Assembly: GCA_044892525.1 (NCBI GenBank)
Contig: CM097885.1
Location: forward strand, 13,580,001 to 13,644,000
Direction: 5' to 3'
Origin: Schmidtea polychroa
Taxonomy: Eukaryota
Length of the DNA: 64,000 nt
Below are positions 44,901-58,525 of this stretch, piece after piece. A program made the translations under genes and the position numbers. Numbering within the stretch: the first letter of the stretch is position 1; each line of letters opens with the position of its first letter. A model generated the notes under the pieces. That model was not told the DNA's origin. It saw nothing but the letters and a program-made list of their open reading frames with translations, and ran no database searches.

Positions 44901-46587
44901 CTTGAGTGTAGTTTCTGATAAATGCACAAATTAATATTTTGCTAAATAAACCAGAACCTCTTATATCATGTGGGCAGTGACCAATTGTCATTGCACGCCC
45001 TTTACTTTGTCGTAGCTCATTAATTTTGAGCACAATGTTATAAGAGAAAGCTTGAGAAAACACATTCAAATCATTGGTCACTGGACTAAGAAAATAATGT
45101 TCGTCTGTGTCGTAATCAATTACCAGCAGCAATTCATGGGCCTTGGGAGGAGAAATTATTGCAAAGATTACATTTGCCTTCATCATGTCCTCAAGGTTTA
45201 AAAAATCATTTAAGTATTGAGTACAATCATCTGAAATTGCAGCAGACAAAGTTCTGTTTAGGAGAATATAATTATTCGATAATTTTAGGTTCATAAAATA
45301 TTCATTAATAATTTTATCAGTTATTTTCCCGTTGATTAAATTAAAGTTGGGAGAAATTTCAATGCACGACTGAGATTTTAATTCACCAAGTGTATCATAT
45401 ACTTTATCATAATCCAAGAGTCTTTCAAAGACAAATTTCTCAAAAAACACAATAAAGGAACTTGCAAAGTATTGATTGTCATTAGAGTGAAAGGAAGGAT
45501 GCGAGATTCGATGATCAGCTATGAATTTAATTTTTCGATTAAGACAAAATTGATTGAGATAATCGGTCATCTTTTCACCAATTTCAATCAATCTCTCATC
45601 AATATTTCTATAATTAAAATCAAAAATGTAGCTACGGTTAAGCTTACTGGAGTATATGAAAAGACACCAATCTTTAAATTTTGGAATGACACCAAGAATG
45701 TGATCGATTCCTTTAAATTGTTTAAAGGTGACATTGTCGGCTATAAAAGAGTCATTTTGCGCAATTAAATTGGATGTTAAATTGGCAGATAAAACCAAGA
45801 TTTTAGAATTCTCTTTATAATATTTATCAATTAGTGATGACACACATGGCGCTTGGTTGTTGAGAACTTTAGTAATGTTTAAATTATTATTTGTAGTTTT
45901 AGATTTAGCGATAGCCTTCTTGAAATTGATTGTTGCCATATCTAAATTGTTTTTAGCACCTCCAATTAAATTTGGTGAACCATTAACCAAGTGTTTCTGA
46001 TATCGATGAACATTTCGTCTTATTTCTTCAATGAATCCATCAGGAAAGCTGTTCCAATCTTTACTGATTATCACTGCATAAGCGCAAGTGAATGGACCAC
46101 AGTCAAAATTGTTATTTTGATATTGAAGATTTGTATGCGGATGATATGACACTGCTATCTTGAGGTTGAAAAATCTATTTAGTGCAATATTCATTTTAAG
46201 AGCCATTTGTTTGTTGATTAGATTATTTCTGTTATTAAAAATTGGATCAATAAAGTAAGATGAATTCGATTTCTTACAGTATACAAAAAGAATCCAATGG
46301 GAATTGTTTATATTAAGTGGACAAAAAATCATTTCAGCATTGGTAATTGACTGTGGAATTGCAACAATTTCTTCTTGAATATTCGAGCATAGAATATTAA
46401 CGATGAAACACTTGATGTATCCATGCATTGGATTGTCGATATGGTTTTCAAGATACCAATCAATATCATTATCAGAGAACCACATTTCACTATCAAAATC
46501 GTCAATTGTTAAATAGTAATTATCTATTGTGCTCTCTGCATCAGTCTCATTAAAGGGAACGGCAGACGCTTGAGCTGATGCAGGCAC
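41992..46587 (-). CDS. ORF2 (Ulp1-RT-CCHC-RLE), intact, 1531 aa
   Basis: Same motifs as the other copies. Confidence 0.95.
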   Translation of the reverse strand: MPASAQASAVPFNETDAESTIDNYYLTIDDFDSEMWFSDNDIDWYLENHIDNPMHGYIKCFIVNILCSNIQEEIVAIPQSITNAEMIFCPLNINNSHWILFVYCKKSNSSYFIDPIFNNRNNLINKQMALKMNIALNRFFNLKIAVSYHPHTNLQYQNNNFDCGPFTCAYAVIISKDWNSFPDGFIEEIRRNVHRYQKHLVNGSPNLIGGAKNNLDMATINFKKAIAKSKTTNNNLNITKVLNNQAPCVSSLIDKYYKENSKILVLSANLTSNLIAQNDSFIADNVTFKQFKGIDHILGVIPKFKDWCLFIYSSKLNRSYIFDFNYRNIDERLIEIGEKMTDYLNQFCLNRKIKFIADHRISHPSFHSNDNQYFASSFIVFFEKFVFERLLDYDKVYDTLGELKSQSCIEISPNFNLINGKITDKIINEYFMNLKLSNNYILLNRTLSAAISDDCTQYLNDFLNLEDMMKANVIFAIISPPKAHELLLVIDYDTDEHYFLSPVTNDLNVFSQAFSYNIVLKINELRQSKGRAMTIGHCPHDIRGSGLFSKILICAFIRNYTQDKSLENINLTEISEIINSLVPMVDNNDIVKIERRGKLKIANSLKLTLKQRKDRIDELLTTLSNSNVDEIISTILANIPHLENLQDQEFREPYLGKNHNKPKKFNNSTEFLKNMKKTVNRILGNQSEKAEPPFQEIINTFTHQDTLPGSWNNVLNFSKISKSLLELEITTPMEILSNLQEADNSTPGLDNVYYKDLLLLDPDCKLLALLFNKIIQLKSIPTSWKTFKTILIPKPDKNDQYHKVSSWRPIALLSVIYKVFASVLATRLSLWIKENNLLHIGQKGGSEYEGCIEHNSILSAIVEHSKYSKSSPLAIAWLDIKDAFGSVPHEYMWTLLRHMNVGENFVNILKLLYTDTSSFYRCNKMQTPNIPIKKGVKQGCPISMILFAIAINPVLEAITASNITPFMIGSSQVQVLAYADDIALIATSSTDLQKLIDVAVKTANNIGFEYRPEKCAYIQYPKLETVSEIVVNNDLIKKLAGNEFYQYLGVPIGDNNDQSPYEIVSQVIEDTKKIANSDLYGWQKLKAYKIFLHSRLIFPFRTREIKTSSLTAPSSNSRINVNSTSQLRSHLRKILNLPNHSEISYFYNATENGGAGCIDLLDEYHTQSIVYFFRLLTSTCDYSKKINTFSLLSVTSPRLGIKEPTLSQSLEWVNGKESKLNHGGSKTRFYRLRASIAYFNRVHNIKISFETFKQNPSIRLTTSLTGTRILLPKLRKALSKILHSALQDSYLEKWEKSNQSNLIVSALKLCPFVNKLIFRSDLTDFEWNFIHRARTNTLSTFAKPHKTGEDRLCRRCKSEDETILHVLQTCRINQSLATNRHNACLEKIKDALKNPELLVVTDHKCSLVPNSNERVDLLITNTEKKTILLVDMKCPIDSVINFERVDKLNLEKYDKLKSDIQTVKPDYKVELFTCIMGSLGSIEPKTSDLLLKMGIPQTKIKGLMKECAISNIAHSAKIWYFHCNGKLPNFA

Positions 46588-46593
46588 ACATCT

Positions 46594-48918
46594 TCATTTG
46601 GATTTCGATGATTGTTTTTTTAGTGTCGTAGTTCGCGATTTTGTACCAGATTTCTTTGTGAGAGGTTCTTCAATAGTCTCTGTAGGGATTGGATTGACTT
46701 GACTAGAATTTGATTGATCAGTGGAAATGGCGTCAAATAAACAGTTTTCACAAATGTTAACATTCATTCCTTCTCTGACCAAAATGAATTTTTCAAGGAT
46801 GTTATTACATTTCATACAGTTGATTTCTTCAATGACAACGATAGGGTCCATAACATTACTGTTGGTAGTTTGATTGTCAATATCGCAATTGGTTTCGGCT
46901 GTTTCTGTTACATTGATTTGGTTAACAATTAATTTTAATTTAGTTATTATTAGAGAAATTTGCTGGCACATCTCTGGAGTGCAATATTTATTGCTTGTTT
47001 CAAACAGACGGAATTTCTGGTTTTTATCCTTAAATTTCTTTGTATCTCTCAACAAAAAATAAATAAATCGCTTCGCTTTAACGCCATATGTGTCATCTAT
47101 TAATTTCTCATTATTAATTGTTTCCATTAATTTAGTAAGGATATTATTGTTTTGAAATTTATTGGGAAAGGTTTCGTCAACAAGATCAAGAAAACTATTA
47201 ACACATGCTATTGTTTCTGGAGAAATTACGTTATGGATCTTTTTAATTTCCCCAGAAATTTTCCATTGTTTTAATTTCAAGAGTTTTTCTTGACAATTTG
47301 TATAATAAAAAGACGAGTTTGGAATCCTTTGAATAATTTCAGAAGCCCAACATTCAAAATTTTCAAGTGAGAGAAGAGAAAGATCTTCAAGCGAACAGAG
47401 TGAATTTATTAAACAACAATTTCGAATATAGTTCACAACATAATCAGAATAAGTTTGATTTTGAGAAAATTTTAAGGATCCAACCAAACCCAAGTAATTT
47501 AGATAAAATACTATCTCAACAATTTTAAAGTGACAATCTGTTTTAGTCAAAATTGATTTTAATTCAACATCATCTTTTGCCATGTTTATTAGATCAAATA
47601 ACCCAAGATTAAACATTATGTCAGGAAATGAATTGGGTTCTTTGTGTTTAATATCAGATTGAAAGAATTTACCCCCTTCAAAAAAGATATCTTCAGGAAA
47701 CACATTATCGATTTTTAAAGATTCAATCAACTTAATAATTGAAGATGATTTTGAGTCAGGATTCTCAACAAACATAATCTCTTTAAGAGAAGGATAAGAT
47801 GAGTAGAGAGTTTTCATCTGGGTACGAGATAGTTCGGAAAATGTTGATGATGTGAAATCGTTATTTATCTTGGATGTTATATTTGGGTTTGTCAAATCTA
47901 ACAATATAAACTCACCCTTTTGATATTTAATTTTTGATTTAACCAGATAATTTGGGAGCTTTTCTTGTTTAATCAAAGAAGAAATGATTTTATTAATTTT
48001 ATTTTCTCTATGATTACAGTCTGTAATAGAAACTGTTTCAGAAAGCTCAGGCGAAAGGTTAAATAAAAATCTTTTAATTGAAGTTGGTGCTGCTATATAA
48101 TTAGAAAAATTAGGATAAGTCTTTACAATATTATGTTCAGACAGAAAAAGTTTCTTTTTATAAGAGACAGGTTTAACGGTTGAGTTTTCATTTAAAAAAC
48201 TATCTAAATGAAACTCAACACAGAAATTAAAATTCCTATAAAAAAAACATTTAAAATTATCTAAACCTAAAGGATTGGCATTAAATTCCTCCCCAGATAA
48301 AATTTTATTTAATTTTAAATATTTATTCTTTGATTCCTTAATTTTAGTTAAAGGAATCAAAGTTGGAAACTTATTATAGAGCTGTTTTCGCTCTTTTTTT
48401 GTTAAAATACGAATAAAAGTCTTAAAATCAAAACTTTTATTACTTATTTTCGGTTTGGAAACCAACACTTTAGGATTGTCAAAACGTGTATTATTATTTA
48501 TTGAAATTTTAATATTATCGAAATTTTGACTATCCTTATTTAAATCGTTATTCACATTAATATTAAGATTTTTATCAGAAAGCGAATTATTAACATTACA
48601 AGAATTTTTATTTAAAGGAAATTTATCAAACTCTATATTAAAATCCTTATTGACATTTGATGAATTATTAAAATTACAATTATCTAAATTTGAAATTTCA
48701 TTAATTTTATTATCTTTAAAATGGAAAAAATCTTTATTTAAAGAAAATTTATCAAAATTATTTAAATTATTAAAGAAACTCTCAAAATTTAAAGATAAAC
48801 ACTCTAACCTTTCAAGCATCTTTGAGAATGAAATCTCCATTAAATCCAAACGTTTCTCGAAATTCTGAAACTGATTTTCCGGCTTGTTTGGAAGGACATT
48901 GTTCATTGAATTCTCCAT
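46594..48918 (-). CDS. ORF1, N-terminally truncated (774 aa)
   Basis: Matches residues 72-845 of the full ORF1. Confidence 0.85.
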   Translation of the reverse strand: MENSMNNVLPNKPENQFQNFEKRLDLMEISFSKMLERLECLSLNFESFFNNLNNFDKFSLNKDFFHFKDNKINEISNLDNCNFNNSSNVNKDFNIEFDKFPLNKNSCNVNNSLSDKNLNINVNNDLNKDSQNFDNIKISINNNTRFDNPKVLVSKPKISNKSFDFKTFIRILTKKERKQLYNKFPTLIPLTKIKESKNKYLKLNKILSGEEFNANPLGLDNFKCFFYRNFNFCVEFHLDSFLNENSTVKPVSYKKKLFLSEHNIVKTYPNFSNYIAAPTSIKRFLFNLSPELSETVSITDCNHRENKINKIISSLIKQEKLPNYLVKSKIKYQKGEFILLDLTNPNITSKINNDFTSSTFSELSRTQMKTLYSSYPSLKEIMFVENPDSKSSSIIKLIESLKIDNVFPEDIFFEGGKFFQSDIKHKEPNSFPDIMFNLGLFDLINMAKDDVELKSILTKTDCHFKIVEIVFYLNYLGLVGSLKFSQNQTYSDYVVNYIRNCCLINSLCSLEDLSLLSLENFECWASEIIQRIPNSSFYYTNCQEKLLKLKQWKISGEIKKIHNVISPETIACVNSFLDLVDETFPNKFQNNNILTKLMETINNEKLIDDTYGVKAKRFIYFLLRDTKKFKDKNQKFRLFETSNKYCTPEMCQQISLIITKLKLIVNQINVTETAETNCDIDNQTTNSNVMDPIVVIEEINCMKCNNILEKFILVREGMNVNICENCLFDAISTDQSNSSQVNPIPTETIEEPLTKKSGTKSRTTTLKKQSSKSK

Positions 48919-48964
48919 GGAAGGTCATTCTCAAGGTCATGTGACTCATACTATGACGCATCCA

Positions 48965-49581
<617 letters not shown>

Positions 49582-49590
<9 letters not shown>

Positions 49591-49785
49591 TATAGTATGA
49601 TATTCATTAATCAGTGTTGAACAGGCTTGACACTTGCGAACATTCTTCTCGTGACACTTAGAACAAACAATTACATGACCACATGGTAAATACAAAACCG
49701 AAACTCGATTTTCTTTACAAATTGAACAAGTTAAATACCTTTTCTTAACATCGTTCAGTTTTTTCGTTAGCTTATTTTCAATCAA
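49582..49785 (-). CDS. IAP-type C3HC4 RING finger ORF or fragment (possibly continuing 49813-50088)
   Basis: CSICKENRVSVLYLPCGHVIVCSKC...CQAC...I.I C-terminal RING pattern. No ATG start, so it may be a pseudogene. Confidence 0.7.
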
Positions 49786-50384
49786 ATCGGTTTTTGCTAT
49801 CCAATCATAAATCTATATCATAAATCTATAAATACTATATCCAGGTTTCAACCTTAAATACATACAACTCCAAAAGTATTCATTCAGTGAATCATTGTTT
49901 ACTGCTATTTTTTCTAAGTACATTAAATAACAAGATAACTTTAAAATGGATTTCTCATAATTAAATAAATCAAACAAATATTCAATAGAGGAATGTTTGA
50001 AAATCTTTAAAATATTTATGAGTTGCTTATCACTGTAAGTATCATGATTATTTATAAAATCTTCAACTGTGTTGTTAAAAAATTTCAATGAAATTTCAGA
50101 ATAGGTTGGACATAATTTTTCCTTATTTCTAGTAGGACTTCCTTGCTATAAAAGGTATATATAAAAAAAATATTGACAAAATAATAAAGTTACCAAATGT
50201 GTTACACATTCATCAATTTTATTTATAGAAATCATTAGTAATAAATTTCTTAATAACTAAATTACTTTTGTTCTTACATTTATAAAATTGTGATAGCCAA
50301 TAAAAATATAGTTTTCAAAATGTAGAAATTGTAACCATCAAATGTATAATAAGCATGACTAGTAACCTTGCAAGCTGTTTAAAG

Positions 50385-50489
<105 letters not shown>

Positions 50490-50980
50490 GCAAGCTGTTT
50501 AAAGTTTTATTATTATTATTATTATTATTATTATAGTGATTGATATAGCTGCATGCTCACTGCAGACTATATAAAAATCACCATTAAATATAAAAATTAT
50601 AATAAAACAACAAATACTTAAAAAAATTAAAAAAAAAAATCTGATTACAAATTTTATTCAATATGTATATATAAATACAAGTTTTATACAATATACAAGT
50701 TATAATACAGGTTTTTGTACAAGTTTTTTTTTAAATAAAAGTTTCTATATAATTTTTATACAATTTTTATAAATCACGAAATCACTATATAAATACAAGT
50801 TTTTATAAATCAAAATATAAAGTTTTTTTTTCTTTTCAATTTGTTCTATTTAAATTTGATCTTCGTCCCATTCGCTGTCGTCAAAACTGGGACTTGGAGC
50901 TGGACCGAATTCCTCATCATATTCGCTTAATTCGTCAACTCCTAAATAGTGCCCAACATTTTTTTTATAAATAGAATTAG

Positions 50981-51394
50981 ATGGAAGCACAATATAATGG
51001 ATCATATACTGCGTCCAGCTCAATTTTCAAAAACTTTAATGTTACATCATTGACTTTGTCGAAAAATACTGATTATAGAGAAACATATATTCAAGATTTA
51101 GAGAATGACAATTTCTGTGCGACATATATGCAGAGTATTGTTAGAAATCTGGGTTATTTAGATAAAAATTTGAATTGCGGAATAACTCTTGAAGAATTTA
51201 AAAGCAAATACCCATTTTTTACATTTGTTTTAGCCCCTGATTTTGATTTAAATCAAAATCAATTACTTCAAAATGGAAATTTACGACTGGATATAAAGTT
51301 TGCAAAAGCTATTACTGAACCAGTACATGTTATAATATATGGAGTATTTGAAAATGAAGTTCAAATTACTGCAAATAGAACAGTGTTGGTATAA
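50981..51394 (+). pseudogene. Polinton/Maverick major capsid protein, C-terminal fragment
   Basis: GITLEEF...FFTFVLAPD...GNLRLDIKFAKA...VIIYGVFENEVQI..NRTV resembles the Polinton/adintovirus capsid C-terminus and lies next to the protease gene. Confidence 0.75.
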
Positions 51395-51449
51395 ATGTAT
51401 ATTGAAACACAAAAAGTTATCATGGTGTAAGTTGTTTTTTTTTAAACTC

Positions 51450-51809
51450 TGGATTTATTTAAGTAGTTCTGTTCAGGTCAATAAAATCGGAAAACAGATA
51501 TTGGGAAATGAATTTGTTGGAGTTTTTCCTCTAGATAAAATTCCATATTTGAGCAATAATCAAGCAATAATCATCAATACTCAATCGTCTCATCTTGGTG
51601 GAGAACATTGGATAGCTATATATGTGAAACCTGGTAATATATTAGTGTTCGATCCTATGGGTTTTTATTACCCGGCTTTGTTGATATCAAAACTACAAAC
51701 AATGGGGAAACCTATTGTGTATAATAAAACTATGTTTCAAAATCCCTTGACCCAAACATGCGGTCAACAATGTTTAGCTTGGTTATTGTACAAAAAATTT
51801 GATGTTTAA
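51450..51809 (+). CDS. Polinton/Maverick adenain-like (C5) cysteine protease; start uncertain
   Basis: FVGVFPLDKIP...IIINT...GEHWIA...FDPMG...FQNPLTQTCGQQC, with catalytic H, D, Q and C. Confidence 0.82.
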   Translation, partial: WIYLSSSVQVNKIGKQILGNEFVGVFPLDKIPYLSNNQAIIINTQSSHLGGEHWIAIYVKPGNILVFDPMGFYYPALLISKLQTMGKPIVYNKTMFQNPLTQTCGQQCLAWLLYKKFDV

Positions 51810-51896
51810 AGAAAAAATGTTTAATAAATTTGATGTTTAATAAATGTATCCTTTCCTTTGTTGTTGTGTTATTATTAATATTATTATTAATATTAA

Positions 51897-51987
<91 letters not shown>

Positions 51988-52019
51988 ATTAATATTAATA
52001 TTATTATTATTATTATTAA

Positions 52020-52116
<97 letters not shown>

Positions 52117-52737
52117 GTGAAAAATATTATTATTTTTTAATTAATTTTATTATAATTCTAATAAATATTATTATTTGTAACATAAAGACTGCCTTTGCCT
52201 GAGGCATGCACAGTGCAAGTTAACAAAGGCATGACTAACAAAGGCAGTCACATGTAATTCTGAGTGATTTACATTACATACATGCATGCGTGTGATTGTT
52301 TGAGTGATTAAAATATTCAGTGTATATATGTGTGTGTCTATATTCTCATTGGCTGGGACAGGAAAATATTCATTCTCTTTATAAACATCGACAAATCTAA
52401 AATTTGTCACAATTATTTTAAAATTTTGAATCAAAAATTTTCAAGGTCATCTGAGTCATCCTATGACTCATCAAGGTCATTTTCAAGGTCGCATGACTCA
52501 TCCAAGGTCATTCTCAAGGTCATATGACTCATCCGATGAGTCATCAAGGTCATATTATTATTTTTTAAAAATATTATTAATTTTATTATTACTTTTAAAA
52601 AATATTATTATTTTAATTTTAATTCTTTCAAAGTTCCCGTCAACGAAAATTAATAAGCGATAGCTCATTTTAAAGCTCAATCCTACACCTTTCGAATGAG
52701 CTATATATCTTGTTATTACGATTATTATTTCTAAAGA

Positions 52738-52894
<157 letters not shown>

Positions 52895-53439
52895 CTATAT
52901 ACTCCGAATCTATCCGACAAAATATTTTGTCCCCCTATGGGTAATGCTCACAATGGTACTGGTCACGCTCAACAAATCAACAAATCAACAAAACATACAT
53001 TTATTTAAACAATAAAATAATGTAAAATTAACAAAGGTAAACTAAATATTGATGTACTACTATTCGCAGCAATATTGTTTGAAAACAAACGGCAATACAA
53101 AAGTACTCATCGATGACTCATTTATTTTTTGAACAAAGACAATGACGCGCCCATGGGATATATTATTTATTACTATCAATAGTATTATTATTATTATTAT
53201 TATTATTAATATTATTATTATTATCATCAAGTTTTAATTACCAAGGTAATTTAAACAAAGACCATGACTCAGTCGCTGAATCATCAAGGTCGTTCTATTT
53301 TTAGTAACAAAGACATCTATTTTTAGTAACATTTTGAATATATTTTTAGTAACATTTTTGATCCGATCATTGATCCGATGACTCGCCAAGGTCATTCTAT
53401 TTTTAGTAACAAAGACATCTATTTTTGTTCCAGCGGTTT

Positions 53440-54640
53440 ATTTTTGTTTTAATTATCGAATACGTAATAATTTAATTTTGTTTAAATTGTTAATTATATA
53501 ATAATATTTTTATTTTTTGTTTTAATTATCGAATACGTAATAATTTAATTTTGGTTAAATCGTTGATTATATAATAATATTTTTATTTTTTGTTTTAATT
53601 ATCGAATACGTAATAATTTAGTTTTGTTTAAATCGTTGATTATGTAATAATAACATGTTTTGTTTTAATTATCGATTACTCAATAATTTAATTTTGTTTA
53701 AATCGTTGATTATGTAATATTTTTTTGATTTAATTGTCGATTACGTAATAATTTAATTTATCATTATTATTGGGAAAGATATTACCGCTCGCGCGGAAAA
53801 TGTTATTTTCAAAATTATTATTTTCAAAGTTTTAATCAATATTATTTTTATTATTATTATAATTATATAGTCCGAGTTTATCCGACAAAATATTTTGTCC
53901 CCCTATGTGTATTTGTAGATAGGGTACTGGTCACATTCAACATGTCGCAAGGGTATTAATATTATTATTATAACATTATTATAACTTCATTATTTTCAAG
54001 GTCATATTATTATTTTTCAAAATATTATTATTTTCAAGGTCATATTATTATTTTTCAAAATATTATTATTTTCAAGGTCATATTATTATTTTTCAAAATA
54101 TTATTATTTTCAAGGTCATATTATTATTTTTCAAAATATTATTATTTTCAAGGTCATATTATTATTTTTCAAAATATTATTATTTTCAAGGTCATATTAT
54201 TATTTTTCAAAATATTAGTATATTTTTCAAGGTCATATCATTATTTTTCAAAATATTATTATTTCAAGGTCATATTATTATTTTATTTTAGTTTTGTTTA
54301 AATCGTTGATTATATGATAATATTTTTATTTTGGTTTTAATTATCGATTACTTAATAATTTTTTTTAATTATCGATTACTTAATAATTTAATATTGTTTA
54401 AATCGTTAATTATACAATAATATTTTTTTTGTTTTAATTATCAATTATGTAATAATTTAATTTTGTTTAAATCGTTGATTGTATGATAATATTTTTATTT
54501 TTGTTTTAATTATCGATTACTTAATACCTTAATTTTGTTTAAATTATCGATTATGTAATAATTTAATTTTGTTTATAATCGTTGATTATATTATTTTTTT
54601 TTTGGTTTAATTATCGATTACGCAATAATTTAATTTATCA
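53440..54640. repeat. Degenerate 60-70-bp tandem repeats (ttaattatcga.tac.taataatttaa...aaatcgttgatta) flanking the minisatellite
   Basis: The motif recurs at 53440-53760 and 54290-54640. Confidence 0.75.
53990..54280. repeat. 38-bp minisatellite, about 8 copies, each containing TCAAGGTCA
   Basis: Unit ttttcaaggtcatattattatttttcaaaatattatta. Confidence 0.9.
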
Positions 54641-54716
54641 TTATTATTGGGAAAGATATTAACACCCGCGCGGAAGATGTTATTTTCAAAATTATTATTT
54701 TCAAAGTTTTAATCAA

Positions 54717-54768
<52 letters not shown>

Positions 54769-54783
54769 ATTATTATTATTATA

Positions 54784-54828
<45 letters not shown>

Positions 54829-55289
54829 TCCAAAGTTATTTTGAAAGTTATTATGAAAATTCTTCTTATTATTATTATTATAATTTGCAAATATTCATAA
54901 AACCTAATTTCTACGTCCATTTCAGCATTTTCATGATTATTTCAGGAACATTTTCATCAAATATTTTTCAAAGTATTATTTTCAAAGAATTATTTTCAAA
55001 GAATTATTATTATTATTTTTTATTATTATTATTTTTATTATTATTTGCAAAGTTCTAATTATTATTTTAATTTAGAAGTTTCATTATTATTATTTACTTA
55101 AATATTCATAAAACTTAATTTCTACGTCAATTACATGATTTTCAACATTTTCATCATTTGCATGATTATTTTAATAATTTTCTACATTTTCAACATTTTC
55201 ATGATTATTTCAGGAACTTTTCATCGAATATTTTTCAAAGTATTATTTTCAAAGATTTATTTTCAAATTATTTTCAAAGTTTTTATCAA

Positions 55290-55368
<79 letters not shown>

Positions 55369-55554
55369 GGTAAAGAAAAATCTAAAATATGGTTTACCTG
55401 CACAACCCATCAAATATTATTATTATTATTATCAATATTAAAAACATAAAATATTTTTACACACACACACACATGCACAATCCATTAAACATTATTATTA
55501 TTAACGCAAATATTAGTGAAAAACATAAAATATTTTTTACACGACCCATTAAAC

Positions 55555-55590
<36 letters not shown>

Positions 55591-58525
55591 GTAAATATTA
55601 GTCAAAAACATAAAATATTTTTACACACACACACACACACAACCCATTAACAATTATTATCAATATTAGTGAAAACCTAAAATATTTTCTACACACATAT
55701 ACAACCCTTTGAACTTTATTATTATTATTATTATTATTATTATAATTAGTCAAAAACTTAAAATAATTTTTACACACTAAGTTATGGGGTAGAGAATTAT
55801 TATATGTTTGCAGTATTCTGTGTTTGCCTTTACAGGAAATTGTCAATAAGGAGTGATAATTTTATACATACATTCTATATACACATACCTTTTTAAAATG
55901 GATGTATATACTCCTAGTCTATCCGACAAGATATTCTGTCCCCCTATGGGTATTGCTCACAAGGGTACTACTCACACTCAACATGTTGCAAGGGTAAATT
56001 AATTAAGGTTAGTAAATAAAACTTATCACACATACTATTTTTAATAATTATTTAAACTATAAAAATCAAGACAAGAGAGGACAAGGCAAAGTTTATGCAT
56101 TTAGTATTGCCAAATATCTGTGCCTGAAAGACACGGTGGATATTTGTTCGCGTCCACAAGGGTCGTCTGTGCCTCCCCCAAGTGGGGTCAAAAGAACCTG
56201 GGCATTATAGCTTTCCGTACGGAACATTACGCCTAGCATGGGTAGTCAACTACCAGCACATTCGAAACGTATAAAAATACATTACAAAATGCATGTGTCA
56301 TAGGCACTATAACCAAATTAATTAATGTTTTCACTAACAACAATATATATTTACAGAGGCCTCCCACTAGTTGGATTACAACCGCCCACCACGACGATCA
56401 GCTTGTAAATATATATTAATTAAGGGATAAAGAGGACCCACCCAACCCTTTTATATTTAATTTACAAATTTTTCTCGCTCTTCTGCTGGTAATCTATCTC
56501 AAAATTATCATCTCCATCGGGCCATTTGGAATACATCTTGCAAATTGGACGTATTTCTTAGTTTCTGATGCGGCGTCAACTATCATTGCTAAAATTTATA
56601 TTGATTTAAAAGCAATTAACTTACATTATCTAACATTTTATCGTCACAGGCTTGATAAATTAGTCAACTGTTATTTGTGGTATACTTTTTCCATGTCATT
56701 TCTCACCATAAAACACAGATACCTAAATATAATATATATATTTTAAAGAATTAATACATGTCTTACATTAATAATAATATTCTTCAGGTATGACGAGTAC
56801 TTTACTTAATTGCTAAAACATCGATTTTTCCCATTTTTTTGACATTCGTTGAAAGTTTACATAATTTAAGTCTGAATAGTAAACATTCATGTTGAAGGAC
56901 ACCCACAATCAGCTAATTCATTTATGAAATCCGGAACTATAACTCCTTTAGTGTTTCACCATTTTGTCTGGTCATCTTCCCCATAATCCAATAGTTCATG
57001 TTTTAATAAGAAATCTCTAAATCCAGAACATAAGTCTTTTAGTGTTTCACTATTTTTTCTGGTTTATCTTCTTCATAATTATATAATTCATTTTCTTCAT
57101 TACTAAGTAAAATAATTAAAATATTGTAGTAAATTCTTTATATACTTACTTTATGGATACTAAAACGAAAGAAATAAAGTTATATGAAAAGTTTATTTAA
57201 ATAATTTAAATTTAGTTATTTAAAAATATTTAAACAATTTAGTTATTTAAGCATATTTAAACATTAATATTATTATATAGTATAATTTTATATAATATTA
57301 TAATATTATAATTTTATGTATTCTAAATTTATTAATAAATACAGTATAATTTTATATAATATTATAATTTTATGTACACTTATATATCCTTCATTTAATT
57401 TTTTAAATTCAAAAATTTATAATGAAGATTCTTTGAATTAAAAAATATTCTGTTAGTATTTCCAGGCAGAAAAACGAGATTCAATAATTAAATCTTAATT
57501 TTCATGTTGTTAGGGTTGTGGCCAGAAGTTAATCGCCATCTAATCGTTTGTTCTCAATTTCGATCATTTTTGTTCAAAACATTCAGGTGAGTTGTTATCT
57601 GGAAAGTTTCTTTTAGCTCAGTTTTGTTAAAACACTCACGGTATTTTTGAGGGACGTGACACTGGAAATAAATTAACAATGGGTGGTCATCCATACATGT
57701 TGTTGGTCTGAGCTGTCGATTTACTTTAGAAATAGGTATATTAAAAACATTTAAGTTATCATTCAGTAAAATAATATAGTATTTTTTAGTTAATTTATAA
57801 ATAACAGTATTTTGATATATCAATAAAGACCATATACTCCGAGTTCATCCGATAAAATATTTTGTCCCCCTATGGGTATTACCAGCAAGGGTACTGGTCA
57901 CATTGAACATGTCGCAAGGGTATAATAATCATTTAGAAATTCTTAGGTAATTTAGTGAGATGATCAGAAATTCGTGAATATTTTAAATGTAACTTTACAC
58001 TTATGTCGAGCGACTAATTTATTGGTTAACCTTTTAGACATTTAAAGCAAAAGGTAATTTATTCATCTAATGTTCGTTACAATAGTTATTAATATGAGAA
58101 AAACATGGTCATTATTCATTGATAATTTTAAATTCTTTATCATTTGGAGTAAATTTGTTCGAGGCAAAAATATTTAAAGGAGTCATAATAGAAATATGGT
58201 TATCATTTAACCAAATAAGGTGCTTATTAGTTAAAAATACATGTTCATATAGGGTTATATTTCTTTTCTAATTTAATTAGATGATCATTAGACGTAATAT
58301 ATCTTTGCGAGAAATTTCAGATGTTTGAGTAACCAAAACATGGATATTTTGTGGGAAAAATTTATGAATATTGGTTAATTTTGTTATTTTTAGTCATTTA
58401 AAATAAAATTTATGATTTTAATTAGATTTCTAGAAATTAAATCGGTTAAATATCAGTTAATCTATTGAAGGAATATTGTTATCGGATGGATAAATGATAT
58501 TTTGCTAAATTACCTTTGCTAAATA

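Larger units (their letters stand above)
41645..48924 (-). mobile_element. Retrotransposon copy 4, lacking about 200 bp at the 5' end; forms the right border of the array
   Basis: Same 3' junction at tRNA nt 20. The 5' side joins non-tRNA TCAAGGTCA-rich DNA at 'aagg' (48921-48924). Confidence 0.95.
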
